The notes below the pieces were generated by a model. It saw only the letters and a list, made by a program, of their open reading frames with translations, was not told the origin of the DNA and searched no databases. Positions 27,433 to 36,820 of a stretch of 64,000 nucleotides of DNA are shown here, piece after piece. A program made the translations under genes and the position numbers. Position 1 is the first letter of the stretch; each line of letters begins with the position of its first letter. The stretch comes from a bacterium ADurb.Bin157 (GTDB lineage Bacteria; Muiribacteriota; Ozemobacteria; Ozemobacterales; Ozemobacteraceae): positions 12,985 through 76,984 of the forward strand of contig MWDD01000007.1 in the NCBI GenBank assembly GCA_002070375.1, read 5' to 3'.

Positions 27433-29520
27433 ATGAAAATACTCTTTGTTATCAATGCTCTCACTGTCGGTGGCGCACAGTCTGTATTGGGCGATTTGGT
27501 CAAAAAGGCTGTGGCAGATGACTGCTCGGTAGAGGTTGCCTGCTTTAAAGGGGGCTACCTCGAAGATTCGTTTGCGCAATTGGGCGTAAAGGTGCATTTG
27601 TTAAATGAGTCATTTTTTGATATTTTCGGTTTTATTAAACTCATAAAAATCATGCGGTCTTTTAAACCCGATGTTGTTCATTCACATCTTTTTAGAGCCA
27701 CTTTTTGGGCCCGTGCCGCTCATTTGTTTTTTCTGAATTCTGTTTTGATATCAACGATTCATGGCACTGAAACAGATTATTACAGCGTGCTGGAACGGGT
27801 TATGAGCGGTTGCTCGGACAAGATTATATTCAGCAGCCGATTCTTGAGCAATTGGTATGACAAAAATATCGTTAAACTTGATAAAAACAGCGTTTGCATT
27901 TATCCGGGGGTTTCTGTTCAAGCTGAAAAAAGCGATGCAAAAAAAAACAGCGATGCAATACTGACCATCGGAACCCTTTCCCGCTTACATAGAATTAAGG
28001 GAATTGATTGCCTTTTAAAAGCGTGCGCGCTGTTAGATAAACAGGGCGTTAACTTTAAATTGTATATTGGCGGTGGAGGCAAGCAAAAGGTCGAATTGAC
28101 ACAATTGGCAAATGCTTTGAATATTGCCGATAAATGTGAGTTTGTGGGAACAATAGTTGAGAAAAACGCGTTTTTAGAGAGGCTTGATGTGTTTGTGGCG
28201 CCTTCAAGGTCTGAAGCTTTCGGAATACATATTTGCGAGGCAATGGAACGCTCGTTGCCGGTTATTGCTGCGAAAGTGGGTGGAATTCCCGAAATTGTGA
28301 TACAAAATGAAACCGGATTATTTTTTGAACCCGACGATCACAAAATGCTTGCAGAGCAAATAAAGCAAATTGCCGGCGGCAGAATTGAAGCCGAGTCCAT
28401 GGGGAAAAGAGGCCGCAGAAGAGTTGAAGAGCTTTTTGTCAGAGAAAATTTGCTCAAAGCACATTTTGATGTTTATAAAAAGCAGGTTTTCGAAAAAAGG
28501 CGGAAAATACATTTTGTAATCTCGTCAGGCGAGATGGGCGGGGGAGAGCGGTTGGCATTAGGTTTAATAAAACGGCTTGAGCAAAGAGGTTACAGCGTTT
28601 CTGTAACCTGTGCAGGGCAGCCGTTGGCCGGGGTTTTAAAAGACTTAAAAATAAATTCAGGTTTTGTTTCGATGGCTTTTGAAGGTTTGATTTTTGCTTT
28701 TAAAACAGTTTTTGATCTATTAAAAATCAGACCTGCTTATATCAGCTCTCATCTTAATAAGGCGGGGTTAATTTCGGGAAAAGCGGGCAAATTATTTGGT
28801 ATTTACACTTTATCTCATATTCATGGGCTTAACAGGCTAAGTTATTACAAGGGAAGCGATTGTCTTATAGCCGTTTCAAAAGCCGTTGAAAAGCATTTGC
28901 TCGATCAGGGGGCAAACCCCGACACATTGTGTGTTATACCAAACTGCGTAGACAAGCCTGTCTTAAATGAGTCAAGAGAAATCAAAGATAAAATCAGAAT
29001 AGGCATCACGGCAAAATTGCACGCGAATAAAGGCCATGAATGGGCTTTAAAGTCTATAGCCAAAAACATTGATATATTGCCGGTAAGTAAGATACATATA
29101 TTGGGAGACGGGCCGGAAAAAGAACGATTGCACAAGCTTTGCGAGGATTCACCCTTAAATGAGCTTGTTGTTTTTCACGGTTACGTTGAAGATACCGATA
29201 AATACGCTTCTGAAATAGATTTGGCGCTGCTTCCGTCTGCCGGTGAGGGTATTCCTTTGAGTTTGCTTGAAACAATGAGGTTCGGAATCCCTTGTGTGGC
29301 CACCGACAGAGGGGGTATTCCCGAAATAGTCACAAGCGGCGAAAACGGAATTCTGATACCATATAAAGATGAAAACAAACTTGTTGAGGCAATTATAAAA
29401 ATTTCCGAACCTAGCGTTTATAAAAAGTATTCTGAGTCGTGTATCGAGTCTTTTAAAAGATTGAATGATTACGAAAAAATGGTAGATAATTTTGAAAACC
29501 TGCTTAAAAAGTTCAAATAA
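27433..29520 (+). CDS. tandem glycosyltransferase (two GT4/GT1-type GT-B modules fused)
   Basis: Two E-x7-E-like C-terminal GT4 blocks are present: EAFGIHICEAMERSLPVIAAKVGGIPEIV and EGIPLSLLETMRFGIPCVATDRGGIPEIV. Confidence 0.8.
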   Translation: MKILFVINALTVGGAQSVLGDLVKKAVADDCSVEVACFKGGYLEDSFAQLGVKVHLLNESFFDIFGFIKLIKIMRSFKPDVVHSHLFRATFWARAAHLFFLNSVLISTIHGTETDYYSVLERVMSGCSDKIIFSSRFLSNWYDKNIVKLDKNSVCIYPGVSVQAEKSDAKKNSDAILTIGTLSRLHRIKGIDCLLKACALLDKQGVNFKLYIGGGGKQKVELTQLANALNIADKCEFVGTIVEKNAFLERLDVFVAPSRSEAFGIHICEAMERSLPVIAAKVGGIPEIVIQNETGLFFEPDDHKMLAEQIKQIAGGRIEAESMGKRGRRRVEELFVRENLLKAHFDVYKKQVFEKRRKIHFVISSGEMGGGERLALGLIKRLEQRGYSVSVTCAGQPLAGVLKDLKINSGFVSMAFEGLIFAFKTVFDLLKIRPAYISSHLNKAGLISGKAGKLFGIYTLSHIHGLNRLSYYKGSDCLIAVSKAVEKHLLDQGANPDTLCVIPNCVDKPVLNESREIKDKIRIGITAKLHANKGHEWALKSIAKNIDILPVSKIHILGDGPEKERLHKLCEDSPLNELVVFHGYVEDTDKYASEIDLALLPSAGEGIPLSLLETMRFGIPCVATDRGGIPEIVTSGENGILIPYKDENKLVEAIIKISEPSVYKKYSESCIESFKRLNDYEKMVDNFENLLKKFK

Positions 29521-29533
29521 AACGAATGTTTTT

Positions 29534-30586
29534 ATGCTTTCGCCCGTTCGTTTTAACGGGCTTTGGCAGCGTCATCAGGCGTTTGCGGCAGAGTTGGCAA
29601 AGCGTGGTTATCTTGTGTTCTTTATAGAGCCCTTTTTGACCGGGGGGCTTGGACTAAATATTGCAGAGCCAAAAGAGTTTTTGGGCAATTTAAAGGTTAT
29701 AACGGTGAAAGTGCCTTTTAAAGCTTCTTCTTTTCCGGCGTTGCAGAAAATTGCAGTAAAATTTGCAATGATGCAGGTTTTAAAAAATGTTAAAACCGAT
29801 GAGTGTTTGTTGTGGGTGGCCGAGCCATCTATGGCCGAATTTACCGCAACACGCTGGAAACAAATACTTTACGATAGATGCGATCGGCACGGGTTTTTTC
29901 CGGGACAAAGAACGTCTGCGTGGCGCAATTACGAGGCCGAATTATATGAAAAGGCTGATTTTGTGAGTGTTTCGCACCCTTATTTGTTAAAAGATGTTCC
30001 GCCTATTTTGGGTAAAACCCTTATTGTAAAAAATGCTGTTTCCGATAAATATCTAAAGCGCGTAAAGCAAAATTGTAAGCCTGTCAGCGTGCAAGATAAC
30101 GTTTTAAGGCCGCTTGAACTGGTTTCTGCAGGCGCTCATTTTGAATGGACTGATTTTAGCTGGCTTGAATGGCTTATAAATAACGAAAGTTCTTGCCGGC
30201 CGATTCGCCTGCATATCGCGGGGGCAGGTAGGGGCAGAGACTTTGAACGTTTGATAAATGCTCCGAATGTAATTTTCCATAAAAAACTTTCTCATGATAA
30301 ATTATTTGAATTATTGAGAACTTGCGATGTGGGATTGGTGCCGTTTGCCGATACAGAGCTAATAAGAGGAGTTGACCCGATAAAAGTCTATGAATACGTC
30401 GCTTGCGGTTTGCAGGTTTGGGCGCCCGATGTGTCGTCATTGCGTGAAAACCCCTATATAACCCATTTTGTGGGCAAAGGAGATGGATTGCAGGATTTAA
30501 ACAGGTCTTGTTTTGAGCAGCCTCTCGATTTGCCTACTTGGGCAGACCGGATTGAGGTGTTACTTGATGAAGTGAGGTTGTTATGA
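29534..30586 (+). CDS. glycosyltransferase-like protein (GT-B fold, family uncertain)
   Basis: Start moved to MLSPVRFNG. The C-terminal VGLVPF...DPIKVYEYVACGLQVWAP resembles the GT1/GT4 nucleotide-sugar binding region. Confidence 0.55.
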   Translation: MLSPVRFNGLWQRHQAFAAELAKRGYLVFFIEPFLTGGLGLNIAEPKEFLGNLKVITVKVPFKASSFPALQKIAVKFAMMQVLKNVKTDECLLWVAEPSMAEFTATRWKQILYDRCDRHGFFPGQRTSAWRNYEAELYEKADFVSVSHPYLLKDVPPILGKTLIVKNAVSDKYLKRVKQNCKPVSVQDNVLRPLELVSAGAHFEWTDFSWLEWLINNESSCRPIRLHIAGAGRGRDFERLINAPNVIFHKKLSHDKLFELLRTCDVGLVPFADTELIRGVDPIKVYEYVACGLQVWAPDVSSLRENPYITHFVGKGDGLQDLNRSCFEQPLDLPTWADRIEVLLDEVRLL

Positions 30587-32214
30587 GTAATGATGTTGTT
30601 GCCGGGAAGGCATCTTTTTTTAAATTCATTGTGATTCCGTTTTTTGTTATATCTATTTTTGCGCAGTCTTATTCTAATGCCTTTTTGAATGCCTTTTTAG
30701 TCGATAACTCAAAAGCAGTGGAACTTGCGAGAACTAACAAAATAAGCGACTCACGAGAAGTGTCGTTGATTCTGCAAAATGTGGAAAAGTATAATGAAAA
30801 AGTGCAAGGCAATATTTCTGTCACTCAAACGAACGGTAAAGCCGATATAACCGTGACCGGAGAGTTTTGGTCTGCCGGCTTGAGGCTTTTTTCAATTATT
30901 GTGCTTTATTTTTGGCTGCGTCCTTTTTTTGCATATTTAAAAAAGCGAAATGAAAAACACAAAATTCAGGCTTTAAACAGATATAATAATTTTTACAGAG
31001 GAATTTTTTCATATTTATTGGCTGTGCATGTTATTTGGTTTTTTACAGCTACCTTAAAAACTTATTTGCCCGGTGATTTTTGGCGTGCAATCGTTTATCA
31101 CTCAGTTTGGTGGTTGTGTGAATGCTATTTATTCTATTCGTTTTTAGAGCCTTCTTTGTTTATGTTCGTGAGCGGAGCGTTTTTGCAGCCCGGGGTAATT
31201 GCTCCAAACCGCTCAAGTTTAAGCATATATGGCAGACTTTTAACTATGCTGATTTTTTTGGTGTTGGTTCCTATGGGTATTTTGGCCGCTTATATTTATA
31301 AGGATTATTTTTTGCTTTACGATTTTAAATATAACGCACTGCTTTTGCTGACTACCTCTATTGTTTTTTTGGTGGGAAACATGCAATTGTTGTATAAGTC
31401 GGTTCAAGAGCCTATTGATGTTCTGGCCGAAAAAATGCAAAAACTGGCCGAAGGGGACTACAGTGTCAGCACTTCAGTTCTTTTTAACGACGAAATCGGG
31501 CGTTTGAAGGCAAACTTCAACAGTATGGTCGAACAGCTTAAAGAGCGAGAAGAAATGAAAGATATTTTCGGCAAATATGTTTCTATCGAAATAGCAAAGC
31601 ATCTGATCAAAAATCATAAGGTTGATTTGGGCGGCGAAAATATTATCGCAACGGTATTATTTTCTGATATCAGAAATTTCACTTCTATGAGCGAAAAAAT
31701 GTCACCCGAAGAAGTTGTAACTATGTTAAATACATATTTTGCTTATATTACCGAACCGATAATGGCTAATAACGGCGTAATTAACAAGTTTATCGGTGAC
31801 GCGGTAATGGCTGTTTTCACCCCGCACTTAGGCTCAGAAAACCATGTCGAAGACGCCATAAAAGCAGCAAAAGAAATGCGCGAAAGACTCGCTAATCTAA
31901 ACAATTCAAAAGAGCTCAAATCAGAGATAAAGTTCGGCATAGGTCTCAATACAGGCCCTCTTATTGCCGGCAACATCGGAACACAAAAGCGATTCGAATA
32001 CACGGTCATCGGAGACACGGTTAATGTCGCTTCCCGCATGGAATCTCTTTCAAAAGCTCTTGAGCACGATATCATATTGAGCGAATCAACGGCAGAAAAA
32101 ATCGACAAAGAGTTCGCAAAAACTCTCATATTAGAAAAATCTGACCCCGTGCAGATTAAAGGCAAAAGCCTGCCTATGCCGGTTTACAAGCTGATAGGTT
32201 TTAAAACTGATTAA
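30583..32214 (+). CDS. membrane-bound HAMP-domain class III adenylate/guanylate cyclase
   Basis: TM region, then HAMP (AEGDYSVSTSVLFNDEIGRLKANFNSMVEQL), then a cyclase domain (ATVLFSDIRNFTSMSE...KFIGDAVMAVF...GDTVNVASRMES). Confidence 0.88.
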   Translation: MSNDVVAGKASFFKFIVIPFFVISIFAQSYSNAFLNAFLVDNSKAVELARTNKISDSREVSLILQNVEKYNEKVQGNISVTQTNGKADITVTGEFWSAGLRLFSIIVLYFWLRPFFAYLKKRNEKHKIQALNRYNNFYRGIFSYLLAVHVIWFFTATLKTYLPGDFWRAIVYHSVWWLCECYLFYSFLEPSLFMFVSGAFLQPGVIAPNRSSLSIYGRLLTMLIFLVLVPMGILAAYIYKDYFLLYDFKYNALLLLTTSIVFLVGNMQLLYKSVQEPIDVLAEKMQKLAEGDYSVSTSVLFNDEIGRLKANFNSMVEQLKEREEMKDIFGKYVSIEIAKHLIKNHKVDLGGENIIATVLFSDIRNFTSMSEKMSPEEVVTMLNTYFAYITEPIMANNGVINKFIGDAVMAVFTPHLGSENHVEDAIKAAKEMRERLANLNNSKELKSEIKFGIGLNTGPLIAGNIGTQKRFEYTVIGDTVNVASRMESLSKALEHDIILSESTAEKIDKEFAKTLILEKSDPVQIKGKSLPMPVYKLIGFKTD

Positions 32215-32229
32215 TCGGTTAAGAGATTC

Positions 32230-33198
32230 TTATTTAGAGCAAAGCCCGTTTTCACACACGTTTTCGGTCGGGCAATTTTCGCAGGTGCGCTCTAATTGTA
32301 TTGTTGAATGGGAAATGCCTAACCCTTTTAAGCCTTCGTTCGCTGCCTTTATCACTTCGTCGTCGTTTTCTGAAGAGGGTTTAACCAAATGAACGGTTAA
32401 AGCTATCTCTGTGGTGCTCATGCCCCATATGTGCAGGTCATGAGTTTCTTCAACGCCGGGCAATGATTTTAAAAAATCGTTAACTTTGTCCGGGTCGACG
32501 CTCTCGGGAACAGCATGAAGAGCCAGATTTAATGATTCCTTCAACAGATTCCAAGTGCCCATAAATATTACAATGGCTATGATAATACTCACTATAGGGT
32601 CAATTATGCTGATGCCGCTATATTTTATAATGAAGCCCGAAACCACAACACCGGCTGATACAGCCGCATCTGCAACCATATGCAGATAAGCGCCGCGAAT
32701 GTTTAAATCTTTCTTTTGGTCTTTCATAAACAACATAGCTGTAAAGGCATTGATAATGATGCCGACCGTGGCAACGAAAATTATTGTGTTACCTTCCAGT
32801 GCTACCGGAGCGCTAAATCGCTTGATAGCTTCAATGATAATGCCGCCAACCGCGAGCATAAGAATCAAAGAGTTAAAAAGTGCCGCGAGAATAGAAGAGC
32901 TCTTAAGACCATAGGTGCGGCGCTTTGAAGTGTTCTTTTGTGCCAGGTAATGTGCGCCCCAAGCCAAAAGCAAACCTAGTATGTCGCTTAAATTGTGCCC
33001 GGCGTCGGCTAATAATGAAAGCGAGTTTGTTAAAAAGCCGTAGCCGCCCTCAACTATAACGTAAATAATGTTTAAAGAAATACCTATGGCAAAAATTTTA
33101 TTGTAGTTAGCGGGCCCATGGCTGTGCCCGTGACTGTGACTGTGACTGTGTCCATGGCCATGTGAGCACTCACTGTGGCTATGATTGGTCTCTGGCAT
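32230..33198 (-). CDS. cation diffusion facilitator family metal efflux transporter (CzcD/ZitB-like)
   Basis: Start at MPETNHSH (GGAG upstream). It has a His-rich N-terminus HSHSECSHGHGHSHSHSHGHSHG, CDF TM motifs (LLADAGHNLSD, HMVADAAVS) and a Cys-rich tail CENCPTENVCENGLCSK. Confidence 0.9.
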   Translation of the reverse strand: MPETNHSHSECSHGHGHSHSHSHGHSHGPANYNKIFAIGISLNIIYVIVEGGYGFLTNSLSLLADAGHNLSDILGLLLAWGAHYLAQKNTSKRRTYGLKSSSILAALFNSLILMLAVGGIIIEAIKRFSAPVALEGNTIIFVATVGIIINAFTAMLFMKDQKKDLNIRGAYLHMVADAAVSAGVVVSGFIIKYSGISIIDPIVSIIIAIVIFMGTWNLLKESLNLALHAVPESVDPDKVNDFLKSLPGVEETHDLHIWGMSTTEIALTVHLVKPSSENDDEVIKAANEGLKGLGISHSTIQLERTCENCPTENVCENGLCSK

Positions 33199-33374
33199 GA
33201 TGATAATCTCCGAAATTTGTGAGTTAAGAACAACAAAAGATACTACCATAAAAGACTCTTAAACAAAATACTCAAACTATGAACATAGAAAAATAAAATA
33301 ACTTGCAAATTTAAGTAAAAATCTGTACACTGTTTGCTCTGAAATTACGCCGGATAATCGGCTGGAGCTATTTA

Positions 33375-35198
33375 GTGAAAAGACACATTATTGAACCGGA
33401 AAAGATAAGAAACGTAGCAATTATTGCACACGTTGACCATGGCAAGACGACTTTGGTAGATGCCATGATTAAACAATCAGGTCTATTTAGAGACAATCAG
33501 CGCATAGAAGAGCGCTTTATGGACAGCAACGACATCGAAAGAGAAAGAGGAATTACCATTTTATCCAAAAATCTTTCTCTTGAATACAACGGTTATCGCA
33601 TTAACCTTGTAGACACTCCGGGTCACGTTGATTTCGGCGGTGAAGTAGAGCGAGTTTTACATATGGCAAACGGTTGTTTGCTTCTTGTTGATTCCTTTGA
33701 AGGCCCCATGCCTCAAACACGTTTTGTTTTGAAAAAAGCTTTGGCGGCAGGATTAAGACCTGTTGTGGTTATAAACAAAATTGACAGGCCCGATGCTCGT
33801 GTTGAGGCCGTACAAGATGAAATTCTTGACTTATTCATAGATGTAGGTGTTTCTGAAGATATTCTTGACTGCCCTATCCTTTATGCCTCGGGAAGAGGCG
33901 GATACGCCATCAGAAATATGAGCGACGAAAGGCAAGACATAAGACCTTTGTTAGAAGAAATAATCAAACAAGTTCCTCCGCCCAAAGGAGAGCTTGAAGG
34001 CCCCGCTAAAATGCAAATTACAAGCCTTGACTATAATGACTACGTCGGAAGAATAGGCGTAGGCAGAATATTGCAGGGAGTATTGAAGGGCAAAGCCGAT
34101 GTTTTCAGGCTACATCCGGATCAGGTTCCCGAAAAAAATAAAATTTTGCGATTATACTCATTTAGAGGTATTCAAAGAATAGAAGTTGAAGAAGCGGGTG
34201 CCGGAGACATTGTAGCTATCTGCGGTATAGATGATCTTTCTATCGGAGATACTGTCTGCACAGAATTATGTGACGCAGAACCGGTTATAGCTGTAGACCA
34301 GCCTGTTATTTCAATGACATTTACTGCAAATACGAGCCCGTTCTCCGGAAAAAGCAAGGCAAGTAAATTTCTTACTTCCAGACAAATTTTGTCACGCTTA
34401 CAAAGAGAATTAGAAACCAACGTTTCTATGCGTGTAGAAATAGCCTCTGCCGAAAATGATATGTTTTTGGTTTCGGGGCGCGGCGAATTACATCTGGGTA
34501 TTTTAATAGAAAATATGCGACGTGAAGGTTACGAACTTCAGGTGAGCAAGCCTAGTGCAATCATGAAGCGAGACGAAAACGGAAACTTGGTTGAGCCGAT
34601 AGAAGAACTCGCAATAGATATACCCGATTCGTATATGGGCACAATAATGGAAGTGTTAGGGCCTCGCAGAGCCATCTTAGAAGACACTAAACGTCTTTTG
34701 GACAACTACTTGAGATTGATTTTTTCTGTTCCGGCAAGAGGACTGTTGGGCTTTCGTTCAATGTTTTTAACCTTAACAAACGGAACCGGCATAATGAATC
34801 AATGTTTCAGAGGCTATGAACCCCATAGAGGCGATATTCCCGAAAGCAGAAACGGGGTTATGGTCGCAACTGAAGGCGGAATTGCGACAGGATACGCAAT
34901 TAAGAACCTCTCTGAACGAGGAACGCTTTTTTACGGCCCGGGCGAAGAAATATATGAAGGTCTTGTTGTCGGAGAACGACCCCTCGCAACAGATTTAAAA
35001 GTAAATATAGTAAAAAAGAGACATGTTACCAATCACCGTTCCGCAACTTCTGAAGAACTTGAAAAGCTTCAAGCCCCAAGAAGAATGACTCTTGATCAGG
35101 CGTTGGAATATGTTGGCGATGACGAGTGGGTAGAAATTACTCCGGAAGCAGTAAGATTGAGAAAAAAAGGTGATACGGTAGTCGGACAAAAAAGATGA
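33375..35198 (+). CDS. typA: translational GTPase TypA/BipA
   Basis: IRNVAIIAHVDHGKTTLVD, DTPGHVDFGGEVER and NKIDRPDAR. 607 aa. GTG start. Confidence 0.95.
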   Translation: MKRHIIEPEKIRNVAIIAHVDHGKTTLVDAMIKQSGLFRDNQRIEERFMDSNDIERERGITILSKNLSLEYNGYRINLVDTPGHVDFGGEVERVLHMANGCLLLVDSFEGPMPQTRFVLKKALAAGLRPVVVINKIDRPDARVEAVQDEILDLFIDVGVSEDILDCPILYASGRGGYAIRNMSDERQDIRPLLEEIIKQVPPPKGELEGPAKMQITSLDYNDYVGRIGVGRILQGVLKGKADVFRLHPDQVPEKNKILRLYSFRGIQRIEVEEAGAGDIVAICGIDDLSIGDTVCTELCDAEPVIAVDQPVISMTFTANTSPFSGKSKASKFLTSRQILSRLQRELETNVSMRVEIASAENDMFLVSGRGELHLGILIENMRREGYELQVSKPSAIMKRDENGNLVEPIEELAIDIPDSYMGTIMEVLGPRRAILEDTKRLLDNYLRLIFSVPARGLLGFRSMFLTLTNGTGIMNQCFRGYEPHRGDIPESRNGVMVATEGGIATGYAIKNLSERGTLFYGPGEEIYEGLVVGERPLATDLKVNIVKKRHVTNHRSATSEELEKLQAPRRMTLDQALEYVGDDEWVEITPEAVRLRKKGDTVVGQKR

Positions 35199-35743
35199 TG
35201 AAGACTGTTTGTGTTTTTTGTTCTTCTTCAAATGAAGTATGCGATTTAATTAAAGACGACGGAGCACGGTTGGGTCGGCTATTAGCCGAGCAAGGCCGTG
35301 CTTTGCTTTATGGCGGAACTTCTTGCGGCCTTATGAAGATTGTTGCAGATGCCCATAAAAGCTCAAACGGGTATTTAATAGGTGTGATACCGGGCTATAT
35401 GAAAGATTGCGGCAAGCTTTATGATGGCTTAGACGAGATAATTGAGGTGGAAGATCTAAGGCCCAGAAAACAGGTTATGCTTGATCGATCTGATTTTATT
35501 GTAGCTTTGCCCGGCGGAATAGGGACTTATGATGAATTTTTTGACTTATTGTCACTAAAAATGATAAACAGACATAACAAGCCCATGTATTTATTAAATA
35601 CAGATGAATTTTACGAACCTTTTTTGCAGTTAATAAAGCATGGAATAAAAAACAGAACCATTAAACCGGATTGTATAGAATTGTTTAAGGTTTTTAAGAC
35701 ACCGGAAGAACTGGTGAGAGAAATAAAGGATTACTTGAGTTAA
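35195..35743 (+). CDS. LOG family (TIGR00730) nucleotide phosphoribohydrolase-like protein
   Basis: VCVFCSSS...LYGGTSCGLM...PGGIGTYDEFFD is the LOG PGGxGTxxE motif. Confidence 0.85.
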   Translation: MMKTVCVFCSSSNEVCDLIKDDGARLGRLLAEQGRALLYGGTSCGLMKIVADAHKSSNGYLIGVIPGYMKDCGKLYDGLDEIIEVEDLRPRKQVMLDRSDFIVALPGGIGTYDEFFDLLSLKMINRHNKPMYLLNTDEFYEPFLQLIKHGIKNRTIKPDCIELFKVFKTPEELVREIKDYLS

Positions 35744-35753
35744 GGAGATTTTT

Positions 35754-36806
35754 ATGGAACTATCTGCTATTCTTGCTCTTTCTATGCAAAGAAACGCTTC
35801 TGACATTATATTAACAGTCGGAAGACCCCCAATGTTCAGAATTAACGGTTCTCTTGTGCCCGATACAAGTGCTGTATTATCCTCAGAGGATACAGAAAAA
35901 TTGATTTTTTCTGTATTAAACGATTCTCAGGTTAAAGAATTTAATGAAAAAAACGAATTAGATTTAGCTGTTTTTTTCCCTGATTCGGGGCGCTTCAGAG
36001 TTAATGTTTTCAGACAACAAAATTTTGTTGGAGCTGCTTTTAGACCTATTTTAAGCAAAATTCCCACATTTGAATCTCTCGCACTTTCGCAAACTATTTC
36101 CAATTTTTGTAATATGCCAAGCGGTTTAATCTGCGTTACAGGGCCGACCGGAAGCGGTAAATCAACAACCTTGGCGGCCATGATAAACCACATAAATATG
36201 CATAGGCAGTCACATATAATAACCATAGAAGACCCGATAGAGTTTGTTCATTCCCATATTAGGTCTGTTATCGAACAGCGTGAGGTAGGTAAAGACACAG
36301 AAACCTATACAACAGCTCTTAAATATGTATTAAGACAATGCCCGGATGTTATTTTAATTGGCGAAATGCGTGACTTAGAAACTATAGCAGCAGCAATAAC
36401 AATAGCAGAAACGGGGCACTTGGTGTTTGCAACTTTGCATACACAATCAGCGGCAAAAACTATTGACCGTATAATCGACGTTTTTCCCCCTTATCAGCAG
36501 CAACAAATAAGAGCTCAATTGGCAAGCACCTTGAAAGGTGTTGTTTCGCAAATTCTGTTGCCGAGAAAAGACGGAATGGGAAGAGTTGCAGCGAGAGAAA
36601 TAATGGTTGTAACGCCGGGGATATCAAATCTTATCAGAGAAGGCAAAGTATTCCAGATTCCAACTGCGCTTCAAACGGGAGCTTCAGTAGGAATGATTTC
36701 AATGGATCAGTCTTTGTTGCAACTGAAAAATGCAGGCGTTATATCTGAAGAAGTCTATCAAACAAGGGTTACTCCCAAGCTAGGCGCCGCGCCTTATGGA
36801 AATTAA
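35754..36806 (+). CDS. pilT: type IV pilus retraction ATPase PilT
   Basis: ASDIILTVGRPPMFRING, Walker A GPTGSGKSTT, GEMRDLETI and ATLHT, with the PilT-type C-terminus. Confidence 0.9.
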   Translation: MELSAILALSMQRNASDIILTVGRPPMFRINGSLVPDTSAVLSSEDTEKLIFSVLNDSQVKEFNEKNELDLAVFFPDSGRFRVNVFRQQNFVGAAFRPILSKIPTFESLALSQTISNFCNMPSGLICVTGPTGSGKSTTLAAMINHINMHRQSHIITIEDPIEFVHSHIRSVIEQREVGKDTETYTTALKYVLRQCPDVILIGEMRDLETIAAAITIAETGHLVFATLHTQSAAKTIDRIIDVFPPYQQQQIRAQLASTLKGVVSQILLPRKDGMGRVAAREIMVVTPGISNLIREGKVFQIPTALQTGASVGMISMDQSLLQLKNAGVISEEVYQTRVTPKLGAAPYGN

Positions 36807-36820
36807 GGGAGGAAGATAAA

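Noticed and set aside
31743-32165. 140-aa minus-strand ORF
   Set aside because: It is antisense to the well-supported adenylate cyclase catalytic domain.
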